Source: Dehalococcoidia bacterium
Lineage (GTDB): Bacteria > Chloroflexota > Dehalococcoidia > UBA2979
Direction: 5' to 3'
Length of the DNA: 64,000 nt
Assembly (NCBI GenBank): GCA_964291495.2
Contig: OZ219871.1
Coordinates: 224,001-288,000 of the forward strand
Below the pieces are notes generated by a model that worked only from the letters and a program-made list of their open reading frames with translations, searched no databases and had not been told where the DNA came from. This document shows positions 28,217-39,168 of the stretch, one piece after another. How positions within the stretch are numbered: position 1 is the stretch's first letter; every line of letters begins with the position of its first letter. The translations under genes and the position numbers were made by a program.

Positions 28217-29581
28217 TTGGGCTGGCGCAACGAGTACGAGGCGAGACTGCTGTCACCCGGCGAGGCCGCGCAGCTGGTGCAGCGCGGCGACACGCTCTAT
28301 ACGCCCATCGGCGGCGACGCCTACGCCGTGATGCCGGCGCTGATCGCCCGCATCTCCGAGCTGGACCGCCAGGTCCGGATCCGCGCCTGCGCGCCGTCCC
28401 CAGAGCAGCAGTGGTTCAAGGACGATTTCGCCGCCCTCGGCTTCGACGCCAACCTCGAGGTCTACGCCGGACCGGGCGGGCGCGCCGCGCTCGACGCGCT
28501 CCGCGCCGACTACTACCCGCAGCTCTTCTCGACCCAGTTCAGCCACTACGACGACCGCGGCTCGCACGAGCCGATCGACGTCTTCATGTCCAGCTGCGCC
28601 CCGCCCGACGAGGAGGGCTACATCCACTTCGGCGGGGTGCCCTGGCACAAGGGAGACTTCGTGCGCCGCGCGGGCGTCTCGATCCTCGAGGTCTGCCCAT
28701 GGCTGCCCAACGTGCGCACGACCGAGCGCCTGCACGTGACCGAGGTCAGCGCCTTCGTCCTCACGGAGACCGCCGAACGCCCGCCGCCGCCCGCCCGCGA
28801 CTACCCGCCGGAGGGCCCGACGATCGCCGGGTTCGTCAACGGCATCATCGAGGACGGCGACACGGTCCAGCTCGGCGCCGGCCGCACCTCGATCTTCCTC
28901 GGCGACCTCGGTGTCTTCGACGGCAAGCGCGACATCGGCTGGCACTCCGAGGTCACGCCGCACGCGGTGCTCGAGCTGATGATCGAGGGCACGGTCAACT
29001 CCAGCCGCAAGTCGCTCGAGCCCGGCCTGCACGTGACCACGAGCGTGGCCCCCTGGAACGACGAGGAGGCGCGCTGGCTGGAGCACGGGCCGCTGGAGAC
29101 GCGCGCGGTGAGCGAGGTCAACCAGATCCAGGTCGTGGCGCAGCAGCGGCGCATGACCTCGATCAACAACGCGCTCAGCGTGGACCTCACCGGCCAGATC
29201 TGCGCCGAGTCGCTCGGCACAACCGTCTACCACGGCACCGGCGGGCAGCCCGAGTTCCACATCGGCGCCTTCATCGCGCCCGAGGGCAAGGCGATCACCG
29301 TGCTGCCCTCGACGGCGCGCGGCGGCGCGGTGAGCCGCATCATCGCCCGGGTGACGGACGGCTCCTACGTCACGATCCCGCGCTCGTTCGCCGACCACGT
29401 GGTGACGGAGCACGGGGTCGCGCGGCTCGCGGGCAAGAGCCAGCGCCAGCGCGCCGAGGAGCTGATCGCCATCGCGCACCCGGACCACCGCGGCGAGCTG
29501 CGGGCCGCCGCGCTGCGGCAGTACTACCCCGCCGGGTGGGAGGCTCCGCCCGCTCCCGGGCGGCAGGAGGAGGGCGCCTGA
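28217..29581 (+). CDS. Acetyl-CoA hydrolase/4-hydroxybutyrate CoA-transferase family protein
   Basis: IEDGDTVQLG, HSE, SINNALSVDLTGQ, GTGGQ, VVTEHG, LIAIAHPDHR. Confidence 0.9.
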   Translation: MGWRNEYEARLLSPGEAAQLVQRGDTLYTPIGGDAYAVMPALIARISELDRQVRIRACAPSPEQQWFKDDFAALGFDANLEVYAGPGGRAALDALRADYYPQLFSTQFSHYDDRGSHEPIDVFMSSCAPPDEEGYIHFGGVPWHKGDFVRRAGVSILEVCPWLPNVRTTERLHVTEVSAFVLTETAERPPPPARDYPPEGPTIAGFVNGIIEDGDTVQLGAGRTSIFLGDLGVFDGKRDIGWHSEVTPHAVLELMIEGTVNSSRKSLEPGLHVTTSVAPWNDEEARWLEHGPLETRAVSEVNQIQVVAQQRRMTSINNALSVDLTGQICAESLGTTVYHGTGGQPEFHIGAFIAPEGKAITVLPSTARGGAVSRIIARVTDGSYVTIPRSFADHVVTEHGVARLAGKSQRQRAEELIAIAHPDHRGELRAAALRQYYPAGWEAPPAPGRQEEGA

Positions 29582-30840
29582 TGGCGGACGGGCCGCTCAG
29601 CGGGATTCGTTTGCTGGACCTGTCCATCATCTACGCAGGTCCCTACGCGGGCATGCATCTCTCCGACCTCGGGGCGGACGTCGTGAAGGTGGAGGCGCCG
29701 AACGGCGACCCGTTTCGCAGCACAGGGGCAGTCGTGCCGGGGCAAAGCAAGGTCTTCCAGTACCTGAACCGCGGCAAGCGCAGCTTGGTGATCGACCTCG
29801 CAAGCGTCGAGGGGCGCGCGTTGCTGCACCGCATCGTGCCGGGCTTCGACGTGGTGCTGCACAACTACCGACCGGGCGTGCCGGAGCGACTGGGCTTCGG
29901 CTACGAGACGCTGTCCGCCCTGCGGCCGGACCTGATCTACGCGGAGGTGAGCGGCTTCGGCTCAAGCGGACCGATGGCCGATCTGCCCGGCAGCAATATC
30001 GTCGCCGAGGCCCACGGCGGCGCGATGGTGATGAGCGAGAAGACCGACGAGGACGGGGCGCCGATGCGCACCGGCGTGACGATGGCCGACCTCTCGACCG
30101 GCACGGCGCTGGCGATGGGCATCTGCGCCGCGCTGCTGCACCGCGAGCGCACGGGCGAGGGCCAGGTCGTCTCCGCCTCGCTGCTGCGCTCCGTGCTCTC
30201 CCAGACCGGCATGTTCAACATGCGCGAGCCGGTCACGGACGCGGCCGTACGCGACCCGATGATGGCCGAGGTCGCCGAGCTGCGAGCGCGCGGCGCCCCC
30301 TACCGCGAGCTGCTGGCGGCGCGCATGCGCTATCACGACACGCTGGGCGGCCCCTTCCACGGCGGCTACCGCGTCAGGGACGGCGCGCTCGCCATCGGAG
30401 CGCTCACCCCCGCCACCCGCGCCGCCGCGCAGGACGTCCTCGGCATCGACGAGAGTCCCGAGGACGAGGAAGCGGGAGACCCGGCGGAGCAGCGCGTGCG
30501 CATGGCGGAGGTCCGCCGCAAGGTCGCGGCCGTGCTGCTCGGCGACACGCGCGACCGCTGGCTGCAGCGCTTCGCCGAGGCCGGCGTGCCGGCCGCACCC
30601 GTCCACTTCCCCGAGGATCTCGCCGACGATCCGCAAGGCGCGACGCACTTCGTCGAAGTCGAGCACGAGCAACTGGGCGCGCAGCGCCAGGCCGCGCCTA
30701 TCGTCGATCTCTCAAGCTCCCCGACGTCAATCGCCTCGGGATCACCGGCCCTCGGGCGGCACACGCAGGAGATCCTGCACGAGCGGGGGGTCGGGGCGGG
30801 GGAGATCGAGGAACTGCGGCGGAGCGGCGTGATCGCCTGA
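29581..30840 (+). CDS. Family III CoA-transferase
   Basis: ATG at 29581 overlaps the upstream stop. GADVVKVE, NRGKRS, NYRPG, MADLSTG. Confidence 0.92.
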   Translation: MADGPLSGIRLLDLSIIYAGPYAGMHLSDLGADVVKVEAPNGDPFRSTGAVVPGQSKVFQYLNRGKRSLVIDLASVEGRALLHRIVPGFDVVLHNYRPGVPERLGFGYETLSALRPDLIYAEVSGFGSSGPMADLPGSNIVAEAHGGAMVMSEKTDEDGAPMRTGVTMADLSTGTALAMGICAALLHRERTGEGQVVSASLLRSVLSQTGMFNMREPVTDAAVRDPMMAEVAELRARGAPYRELLAARMRYHDTLGGPFHGGYRVRDGALAIGALTPATRAAAQDVLGIDESPEDEEAGDPAEQRVRMAEVRRKVAAVLLGDTRDRWLQRFAEAGVPAAPVHFPEDLADDPQGATHFVEVEHEQLGAQRQAAPIVDLSSSPTSIASGSPALGRHTQEILHERGVGAGEIEELRRSGVIA

Positions 30841-30902
30841 GATTACGTTCTTACTGCTGCCCGATCCGCCCGTCCCGACCGCCCCAGACTTGTTTGCGCT
30901 GT

Positions 30903-30932
30903 TTGACTGCCAGCCGTCGCGGTTTCTATCAT
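30903..30932 (+). promoter_or_regulatory. sigma70-type promoter of the amino-acid ABC operon
   Basis: TTGACT-18 bp-TATCAT, about 50 nt upstream of the ATG. Confidence 0.6.
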
Positions 30933-30981
30933 CCACGATCGGGCAGGAAGTCCGAGTGACTCCCCGGAGCGAGGAGGTTCC

Positions 30982-32067
30982 ATGAAGAGACTCACATTGC
31001 TGATCCTGGCGCTGTTTGCACTGGGGCTCGCCGTCGCCTGTGACGACGACGACGAGGGCGACGGCGGTGCCGTAGCCGGTAACACGGTCGCGACAGTCCA
31101 GGACCGCGGGGAGTTGCTCTGCGGCGTGAAGCAGACCCAGCCGCTGTTCGGCTTCAAGGAGGCCGACGGCTCGGTCACCGGGTTCGACGTCGAGTTCTGC
31201 AAGGCGATCGCTGCCGCGACGCTCGGCGACGCCAACGCCGTTGAGTACGTGGACGCCTCGGACGCCTCGACGCGCTTCGAGTTGCTCGCCGACGAGCAAA
31301 TCGACGTTCTGATCCGCACGACGACGATCACCGCCTCGCGCGACCGCGAGCTGGGCGTCGACTTCGCGCAGACGACCTTCTACACCGGTCAGGGTTTCGC
31401 GGTGCACGCGGGCTCCGGCATCGCGTCCACTGAGGACATGGACGGCACGACCATCTGTGTGCAGTCCGGCACAACGACCGAACAAAACCTGGCGGACCAC
31501 TTCACCGACATCGGCAAGAGCTACACGCCGCTCGGCGGTGGCGACCAGGAGACGCAGGACGCGTTCGTGTCCGGGCGCTGTGACGTTTGGACGGCTGACC
31601 AGAGCAACCTCGCCTCGCGGATCGGGGTCCTGGACAACGCCTCGGACTTCGTAATCCTTGGTCAACTGATCTCGAAGGAGCCGCTGGCGCCTGGCGTCCG
31701 CGACTACGACAGCGAGTGGAAGGACGTGGTCAACTGGGTCGTGCACGGCCTGATCGCGGCCGAGGAACTCGGCATCACCCAGGCGAACGTGGCAGGCTTG
31801 GCTGCGAACCCGCCGAACACCACGATCGCGCGCCTGCTCGGCGTGCCGTTCGAAGGCGGTTCGGTCTCCACACTGGGCTTCGACTCGGTCGACGCGCAGT
31901 TCATCCAGCGGGCAATCGCTGCCGTCGGTAACTACGGCGAGATTTACGAGAACACGGTCGGCGACGCCGTACCGCGTCCATGCTCGCTGAACGCCCTCGC
32001 CTCGGAGGACAAGAGCGGCTGCCCACCGGGGACCGGTGGCATCCAGTACGCGCTGCCGTACCGCTAG
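30982..32067 (+). CDS. aapJ: General L-amino acid ABC transporter substrate-binding lipoprotein (AapJ/BztA-like)
   Basis: Lipobox LAVAC, GFDVEFCKAIAAA, ICVQSGTTTE, ISKEPLAP, VGNYGEIY. Confidence 0.9.
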   Translation: MKRLTLLILALFALGLAVACDDDDEGDGGAVAGNTVATVQDRGELLCGVKQTQPLFGFKEADGSVTGFDVEFCKAIAAATLGDANAVEYVDASDASTRFELLADEQIDVLIRTTTITASRDRELGVDFAQTTFYTGQGFAVHAGSGIASTEDMDGTTICVQSGTTTEQNLADHFTDIGKSYTPLGGGDQETQDAFVSGRCDVWTADQSNLASRIGVLDNASDFVILGQLISKEPLAPGVRDYDSEWKDVVNWVVHGLIAAEELGITQANVAGLAANPPNTTIARLLGVPFEGGSVSTLGFDSVDAQFIQRAIAAVGNYGEIYENTVGDAVPRPCSLNALASEDKSGCPPGTGGIQYALPYR

Positions 32068-32095
32068 GCCTACGAGCAACGCGAGCACGCAACTC

Positions 32096-32125
32096 GAGGG
32101 GTTGCCCCAGTTGGGGCAACCCCTC
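32096..32125 (+). terminator. Hairpin after the binding-protein gene
   Basis: GAGGGGTTGCCCCA-gt-TGGGGCAACCCCTC-tt. Confidence 0.7.
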
Positions 32126-32188
32126 TTGCATAAGTCCGGCTGCGCGCGTGAACGCGCGCGCGAGCCGGGCAGCCGCTAGGCTGTGACC

Positions 32189-33382
32189 ATGTCAGCTGCC
32201 GCTCCGCCCGAGCCAGCACCCGTTCCGCTGATCCACCGGCGGAGCTTCCGGGACTTCGCCACGCAGGGCGTCTACGTCGCCGTGACGGCTCTTGCCTTCG
32301 CGTATGTGTTCGTGTCGCTCGACCTGCGGGAGTTCGGCTTTACCTTCCTGGGGGAGCCAGCCGGCTTCGCCGTGGGCAGCCAGTGGATCGTTGACGTCGA
32401 CGGCGTCACCAACTCACGGCTCACGATGTACCTCGTCGGCGTGTGGGCGTCGATCCGCGCGGTGATCGTTGCGATCGTGCTCTCGACGATTCTCGGGGTC
32501 ATCGTCGGAGTGGCCCGGCTGTCGAACAACTGGCTGGTATCGCAGCTCGCGATGCTCTTCGTTGAGATTTTCCGGAACACCCCGCTGCTTGTGCAGATCG
32601 TGCTGGTCTACGCGGTCTTCCTGGTGGGGATGCCGCTGATCCAGGACGTCATCGACGTCGGTGGAGTCTTCTACCTGTCCAACCGCGGCATGGCGATTCC
32701 CTGGCCGGTCCCCAGCGGTGGCCTGTGGGGGCTCCCGCACTGGTTCGCTGGGGTGTGGGTACTCGTCCTGCTCGTACTTGCCCTGATCGCCATGCGCGTA
32801 CGAGCGCGCTGGCAGGAGCGCGAGCGTGAGACCGGCACCCCAATGAACGCGAACCGGCGAGCGTTCACGATGTTCGCCATCGGCGCGGTTGCCTCCTACA
32901 TCGTGCTGGGTGGGCCTGTGGTGATCGATGCGCCCATCATCGAGGGGACGCACTATGCCGAGGGCATGGTCGTCAATCCAGAGTTCGCGGCGCTGGTTGT
33001 TGGTCTCACGTTGTACACGGGCTCGTTCATTGCCGAAGTCGTCCGCGCCGGTATCCAGGCACTGCCCCGGGGCCAGTCCGAGGCCGCGAACGCAGTGGGA
33101 CTCACCAACTACCAGCGCCTGACGCTCGTGATCCTGCCGCAGGCGCTGCGCCAGATCATTCCCTCGGTCACAAACCAGTACCTGAACGTCAACAAGAACT
33201 CGTCGCTGGCGTACGCCGTGCTCTACGACGACCTGTTCCGCGTGGCCACCATCGTGCAGAACAAGGCGGGGCACGCGCTGGAGATGTTCTTCGTCATCAT
33301 CATCACTTACATGATCATCTCGTTCGTCATTTCCGCGATCATGAACTTCTTCAACGCCCGCGTAACGGTGCACGAGGTCTAG
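32189..33382 (+). CDS. aapQ: Amino acid ABC transporter permease (AapQ/BztB-like)
   Basis: ARLSNNWLV, FVEIFRNTPLL, IAEVVRAGIQALPRGQSEAA. Confidence 0.9.
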   Translation: MSAAAPPEPAPVPLIHRRSFRDFATQGVYVAVTALAFAYVFVSLDLREFGFTFLGEPAGFAVGSQWIVDVDGVTNSRLTMYLVGVWASIRAVIVAIVLSTILGVIVGVARLSNNWLVSQLAMLFVEIFRNTPLLVQIVLVYAVFLVGMPLIQDVIDVGGVFYLSNRGMAIPWPVPSGGLWGLPHWFAGVWVLVLLVLALIAMRVRARWQERERETGTPMNANRRAFTMFAIGAVASYIVLGGPVVIDAPIIEGTHYAEGMVVNPEFAALVVGLTLYTGSFIAEVVRAGIQALPRGQSEAANAVGLTNYQRLTLVILPQALRQIIPSVTNQYLNVNKNSSLAYAVLYDDLFRVATIVQNKAGHALEMFFVIIITYMIISFVISAIMNFFNARVTVHEV

Positions 33383-33391
33383 GGAGGCGCG

Positions 33392-34627
33392 ATGGCCGAG
33401 ATGCCTATGCAGCAGCCCCCGGGACGCATCGTCCTCCCTCCGCACCGCGAGCGCGCCGGCCGGCCGTTCTCGGTGCGCGCGCGCGAGTGGATACGTCGCA
33501 ACCTCTTCCCATCGACCGGTGGGACTGTGCTGACGCTCTCGGCAGCGGTCTTCCTCGGGCTGCTGGTCATTGGCGTGTTCTGGTTCGTGTTCGTCGACGC
33601 GAACTGGCGCATCGTCACGGTCAACCGCTGGCTGCTCTTCGCTGGCGGGTTCCCCCGCGAAGAGGCGTGGCGGCTGTGGGTCGGCATGGGCTTCGTCTTC
33701 ATGCTCATTGGCCTGACGTACGGCACCTGGTCGAGCTTCGGGCGTCGCGATCACATCTTTGTGGCGATCGCCGGGGCGTTCGTGGTCTTCGTCATGGCCC
33801 ATGGTGGGGCAGCGATCTGGTCCTCGGTGTGGTTCCTGCTCGCCGTCGGAATCATGTACCTCTCGTATGCGGCCACCGTACGGCTGCCCCGCGAGTTGAG
33901 CCCGGGCCGCACGCTGCAGCAGCGCGTGGTCGGCGGGTTGCTCGTGGTTTCGTTGCCGGTGGCTCTGGTGATCCTGCTCTCAGGCGAAGCGAATGTCCGG
34001 CAGCTCGACGGCTTCGTGTTGAACCTGGTGCTCGCCCCGGTCGGGATCATCGGCGGGCTCGTGATTGCGATCCCGCTCGCGATCGGGCGTGCCTCGAGCA
34101 TGAAGGCCATCTCCTGGACCTGCACCACCTACATCGAGGTCGTGCGGGGGGCGCCACTGCTCGGCTGGCTGTTCGTCGCGCTGTTCATCCTCGACGACGT
34201 GGTCGGCGGAGATCTGATCGTTCGCGCCATGGTGGTCATGGCTGTCTTCACCGGTGCCTACATGGCGGAGTCGATCCGCGGCGCGCTGCAGGCGCTCCCG
34301 CGCGGGCAGTTCGAGGCCGCGCACGCCGTGGGCCTCTCCCGGTTGCAGGCGCTGCGACTGATCATCCTGCCGCAGGCGCTGCGCATCTCGATCCCGCCGA
34401 TCGTCGGGCAGGCGATCGCGATCTGGAAGGACACGACGCTCGTGACCGTGATCCTTCCGCTCCGTGAGCTCAAGGGGAACGCCGACTCAGCCATTGCTCA
34501 GCGCGAGTTTATCGACGACCGCATCGAGGCGTACGTCTTCGTCGCTGTCGTCTTCTGGGTCGTCGCCTTCATGATGTCGCGCATCTCGCAGCGTATCGAG
34601 GACACGCTCGGCGTCGGCGAACGCTAG
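33392..34627 (+). CDS. aapM: Amino acid ABC transporter permease (AapM/BztC-like)
   Basis: WIRRNLF, YIEVVRGAPL, AESIRGALQALPRGQFEAA, KDTTLV. Confidence 0.9.
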   Translation: MAEMPMQQPPGRIVLPPHRERAGRPFSVRAREWIRRNLFPSTGGTVLTLSAAVFLGLLVIGVFWFVFVDANWRIVTVNRWLLFAGGFPREEAWRLWVGMGFVFMLIGLTYGTWSSFGRRDHIFVAIAGAFVVFVMAHGGAAIWSSVWFLLAVGIMYLSYAATVRLPRELSPGRTLQQRVVGGLLVVSLPVALVILLSGEANVRQLDGFVLNLVLAPVGIIGGLVIAIPLAIGRASSMKAISWTCTTYIEVVRGAPLLGWLFVALFILDDVVGGDLIVRAMVVMAVFTGAYMAESIRGALQALPRGQFEAAHAVGLSRLQALRLIILPQALRISIPPIVGQAIAIWKDTTLVTVILPLRELKGNADSAIAQREFIDDRIEAYVFVAVVFWVVAFMMSRISQRIEDTLGVGER

Positions 34628-34657
34628 GATGATTGGAAGCGGGGAAGGAGCACCGCG

Positions 34658-35443
<786 letters not shown>

Positions 35444-35485
35444 CGGATCCGCGCACCAACCGACGGGCGCCCGGACCGCGCCGCA

Positions 35486-35561
35486 TGGCGCCCTCGGGAG
35501 GATTCGAACCTCCGGCCTCCGGATTAGAAGTCCGCTGCTCTGTCCCCTGAGCTACGAGGGC
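35486..35561 (-). tRNA. tRNA-Arg(TCT)
   Basis: 76 nt: GCCCTCG TA GCTC AGGGGACA GAGC A GCGGA CT-TCT-AA TCCGG AGGCC GGAGG TTCGAAT CCTCC CGAGGGC G CCA; CCA is encoded. Confidence 0.95.
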
Positions 35562-35687
35562 GCGCGGGCGCCTGGGCCTCGATCTCAGGATACAGCGGGC
35601 CGCCTTGCTGAGCGCCCCGCACTTACGGTCCGCTAGAATCGCGCGCGGATGAGCCGCAGCCGCGGCACTCGCGCCGTTTGGAGGCAC

Positions 35688-36836
35688 ATGACCGACTCGC
35701 CGCTCCAGCAGGTTGCGATCGTCGGGGCCTACAACACCAAGGTCGCACGCCACCTCGAGGGCGAGACATCGCTCTCGGTCACGGTCGACGCGCTGCGTGG
35801 CGCGCTGGCGGACGCGGGCATCGACGGCTCCGAGGTCGACGGCGTCAACGTGCTGGCGAGCATGGAGCCGGCAGCCCAGACGCACTTCGTGCACCTGCTG
35901 GGCGGACGGCCGAGCTGGACGGGCGGAGCGCTCGTCGGCGTCTCGGCCGTACTCGAGGCGGCCTCGGCGATCGCGACGGGCTTCTGCCAGACGGTGGTGA
36001 TCGCGAACGGCCAGGCGGGCGCCTATTCCGTTCGTCCCTCGACCGCGCCGTGGACCCGGCCGAGCAACGAGTTCGTCGAGTGCTTCGGGCTCTACACCGC
36101 CGCCGAGTTCGCCCTGATCGCACAGCGGCACATGTACCTCTACGACACGAAGCCCGAGCACCTCGCCGAGGTCGCCTCGGCGATCCGCACGAACGGCGGG
36201 CGCAACCCGGACGCCGTCTACAGCGGGCAGGTGATCACGCCCGAGGACGTGCTCAACTCGCGCATGGTCGCCGACCCGTTCCACCTGCTGGACTGCGCGA
36301 TGACCGCCGAGGGCGGCGCCGGCCTTGTGCTCACGACCGTCGAACGCGCGCGCGACCTCGATGTGCCGCTGGTGCGCGTGCTCGGCGGCGGACTCGACCG
36401 GCGCGGGCCCGCGTACCACATGGCGCCGATCTGGGACCGCGTCGGCGATGTCGGCGCCTGGGCCGCGAAGAAGGCCTTCGCGATGGCGGGGCTCCAGCCC
36501 TCGGACGTGGACGTGTGCGAGTTCTATGACCCGTTCTCGTTCGAGATCATCCGCCAGTTCGAGGCGTACGGCTTCTGCGAGCTGGGCGAGGGCGGTCCAT
36601 TCGTGATGGACGGGCGGGTCCGGCCCGGCGGCGAGTTCCCGATCGTCACCGACGGCGGGACGATGTCGTTCTGTCACGCGGGCACGGCGCAGCTGCTGCA
36701 GCGCGTGGTCTCCGCCGTGCGGCAGCTGCGTGGGACTGCCCACTACAACCAGATCGAGGGCGCAGAGGTCGCGATGGTGACGAACCACGGCGCCGGGGCG
36801 CTCTTCACCGACGCCGCCCTGCTCGGCCGCGGCTAG
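35688..36836 (+). CDS. Thiolase-fold protein (SCP2-thiolase/Ltp-like)
   Basis: ATG at 35688. ALADAGI, DC..EGGAGLV, DVDVCEFYDPFS, TDGG..H, VRQLRG. Confidence 0.85.
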   Translation: MTDSPLQQVAIVGAYNTKVARHLEGETSLSVTVDALRGALADAGIDGSEVDGVNVLASMEPAAQTHFVHLLGGRPSWTGGALVGVSAVLEAASAIATGFCQTVVIANGQAGAYSVRPSTAPWTRPSNEFVECFGLYTAAEFALIAQRHMYLYDTKPEHLAEVASAIRTNGGRNPDAVYSGQVITPEDVLNSRMVADPFHLLDCAMTAEGGAGLVLTTVERARDLDVPLVRVLGGGLDRRGPAYHMAPIWDRVGDVGAWAAKKAFAMAGLQPSDVDVCEFYDPFSFEIIRQFEAYGFCELGEGGPFVMDGRVRPGGEFPIVTDGGTMSFCHAGTAQLLQRVVSAVRQLRGTAHYNQIEGAEVAMVTNHGAGALFTDAALLGRG

Positions 36837-36918
36837 GCGCGCGCGCGGGGCCGGGTCCCGGCGCTCACCACGCCGGAGCTCCTCGAACGTTCCCAAAAAT
36901 ATGTATCCTGTGTGAGCC

Positions 36919-39024
36919 ATGACGAGTACTCCCCAGGCCGCACGGGCAAGCGCCGAAGCGCGCACTGCGCCGCGCCGCGAGGCCGCGCTCGACCTCGACG
37001 ACCCGGAGCTCTACCTCAACCGCGAGCTGAGCTGGCTGGACTTCAACGACCGCGTGCTGGCGGAGGCGCAGGACCCGCGCAACCCGCTGCTGGAGCGCGT
37101 CAAGTTCGTCGCCATCACCAGCAGCAACCTCGATGAGTTCTACGAGAAGCGGATCGGCTGGCTGCAGCGCCTGCTGCGCACCAACCCCGCGCGCCGCACC
37201 GTGGACGGCCTGACCGTGGCCGCCCAGTTGATGCAGGCGAAGGAGCGCTGCGCCGCGATGCGGCACGCGACCGACGAGCTGTGGATGCGCGAGCTGCGCC
37301 CGGCGCTCGCCGCAGCCGGAGTGCGCATCGTCAGCTTCGACTCACTCAAGGAAGCCGAACAGGCGGAGCTCGGGGAGCACTTCGAGCGCATGATCCTGCC
37401 GGTGCTGACGCCACTGGTCGTCGATCCGGCGCATCCCTTCCCGTTCATCTCCGGCGGCAGTCTCTCGCTGGTGATCGAGCTGGCGGACCCCGGGAGCAGC
37501 AGCGGGCGGTTCGCGCGCGTCAAGGTGCCGCCCAACCGCCCTCGCTTCATCGAGATCGGGGACGGGCGCTTCGTCCCGATCGAGGAGGTGATCGGGGCCT
37601 TCCTGCACCTGCTCTTCAACGGCGTCGAGGTGCGCGGCTGGAACATGGTGCGCGTGCTCCGCAGCGCCGACATCGGCGAGCCCGGCGAGGCGGCGCAGGA
37701 TCTGCGCGAGCTGATCGAGAGCCAGCTCGAGCAGCGGCGCCTCGCGTCCGCGGTCGCCCTCGAGGCCCCCGTCGCGCTGCCGCCCGCACACCGGCGCCTG
37801 CTGCTCGACGAGCTGGACCTCGACGACTCCGACGTGATCGAGATCGACGACCTGATCGGCAAGGACGACCTGATGCAGATCGGCACGCTGCCGCGGCCCG
37901 ATCTGTCGGTCCCGCCCTTCACCCCGGCGGTCCCCTCCTCGTTCGCCAACGTCGAGGACGACGCCGCGCTGTTCGCGCTTCTGCGCGAGCGGGACGTGCT
38001 GGTCAGCCACCCCTACGAGTCCTTCGATGCGACGGTCGCACGCTTCGTCGAGGCCGCTGCGCGTGATCCGCACGTGCTCGCGATCAAGCAGACGCTGTAC
38101 CGCACCTCGCCGGACTCGCCCGTGCTGGAGTCGCTGATCGACGCGGCAGGCAAGGGCAAGCAGGTCGCCGTCGTGGTCGAGCTGTCGGCGCGCTTCGACG
38201 AGGCAAACAACATCGAGTGGACGCATCGCCTCGAGCAGGCAGGGGTGCACATCGCCTACGGCTCGCCGGCGCTGAAGGTGCACAGCAAGACCTGCCTCGT
38301 CGTGCGCGAAGAGGAATCGGAGCTGCGCCTCTACGCGCACATCGGGACGGGGAACTACAACTCCGCGACCGCGCGCGTCTACAGCGACCTCGGCCTGTTC
38401 ACGTCCGACCACGGCATCTGCTCGGACCTCGTGACGGTCTTCAACCACCTCACCGGATCCTCCGCGCAGCCGGTGACCGACCACCTCGTGGTCGCGCCCA
38501 CCACGCTGCGGCGCGACTTCGAGCAACGCGTGCGGCGCGAGATCGAGCACGCCCGCAACGGCCGGGCAGCGCGCGTGATCTTCAAGATGAACGCGCTCGA
38601 GGACGCCCGCTTCACGCGGCTGCTCTACGAGGCCGCCCAGGCCGGCGTGCAGGTCGACCTGATCGTGCGCGGCATCTGCCGCCTGCGGCCCGGCCTCGAG
38701 GGCCTGAGCGAGCGCGTGCGCGTGGTCAGCGTCGTGGGCCGTTTCCTCGAGCACGCCCGCATCTACTGCTTCGAGAACGACGGCGACCCCGAGTACTTCA
38801 TCGGCAGCGCCGACCTGATGGAGCGCAACATGGACGAGCGGATCGAGATCCTCACTCCGATCCGCCAGGCCGACCTGCGCGAGCAGCTGCAGGGCGTCCT
38901 CGACGACCAGCTCGACGACTGCCGCCAGGGCTGGGAGCTGCGCGACTCCGAGTGGGAGCGCGATCCGCAGTGCCCTCGGCCCGGCGTGCACGCCGAGCTG
39001 CTGGCCCGCGCCCCGTTCAGCTAG
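36919..39024 (+). CDS. ppk1: Polyphosphate kinase 1
   Basis: NRELSWLDFNDRVL, SSNLDEF, HPFPFIS, HPYESF, KVHSK, GTGNYN, RFLEH. Confidence 0.97.
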   Translation: MTSTPQAARASAEARTAPRREAALDLDDPELYLNRELSWLDFNDRVLAEAQDPRNPLLERVKFVAITSSNLDEFYEKRIGWLQRLLRTNPARRTVDGLTVAAQLMQAKERCAAMRHATDELWMRELRPALAAAGVRIVSFDSLKEAEQAELGEHFERMILPVLTPLVVDPAHPFPFISGGSLSLVIELADPGSSSGRFARVKVPPNRPRFIEIGDGRFVPIEEVIGAFLHLLFNGVEVRGWNMVRVLRSADIGEPGEAAQDLRELIESQLEQRRLASAVALEAPVALPPAHRRLLLDELDLDDSDVIEIDDLIGKDDLMQIGTLPRPDLSVPPFTPAVPSSFANVEDDAALFALLRERDVLVSHPYESFDATVARFVEAAARDPHVLAIKQTLYRTSPDSPVLESLIDAAGKGKQVAVVVELSARFDEANNIEWTHRLEQAGVHIAYGSPALKVHSKTCLVVREEESELRLYAHIGTGNYNSATARVYSDLGLFTSDHGICSDLVTVFNHLTGSSAQPVTDHLVVAPTTLRRDFEQRVRREIEHARNGRAARVIFKMNALEDARFTRLLYEAAQAGVQVDLIVRGICRLRPGLEGLSERVRVVSVVGRFLEHARIYCFENDGDPEYFIGSADLMERNMDERIEILTPIRQADLREQLQGVLDDQLDDCRQGWELRDSEWERDPQCPRPGVHAELLARAPFS

Positions 39025-39168
39025 AACCGCTACCGGCGCTCGGCATCCGGCCACGCGCACCACGCCGCGTCTCGCAGTCCAACACGGAGCACTCGCCTCG
39101 TCGCCCCGGTCGCCGGAGCGGCCCGCTACCATGACGCCCGCACTGCCGTAGCCGGCAAGGGACTTGGG

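Noticed and set aside
21973-32080. AGCAACG recurring just before three terminator hairpins
   Set aside because: Only three short instances. Most simply it is the weak pyrimidine tail of the opposite-strand terminator.
35520-35536. G-G mismatch at the top of the tRNA-Arg anticodon stem
   Set aside because: Non-canonical 27:43 pairs are tolerated and all other arms are intact, so this is not evidence of a pseudogene.
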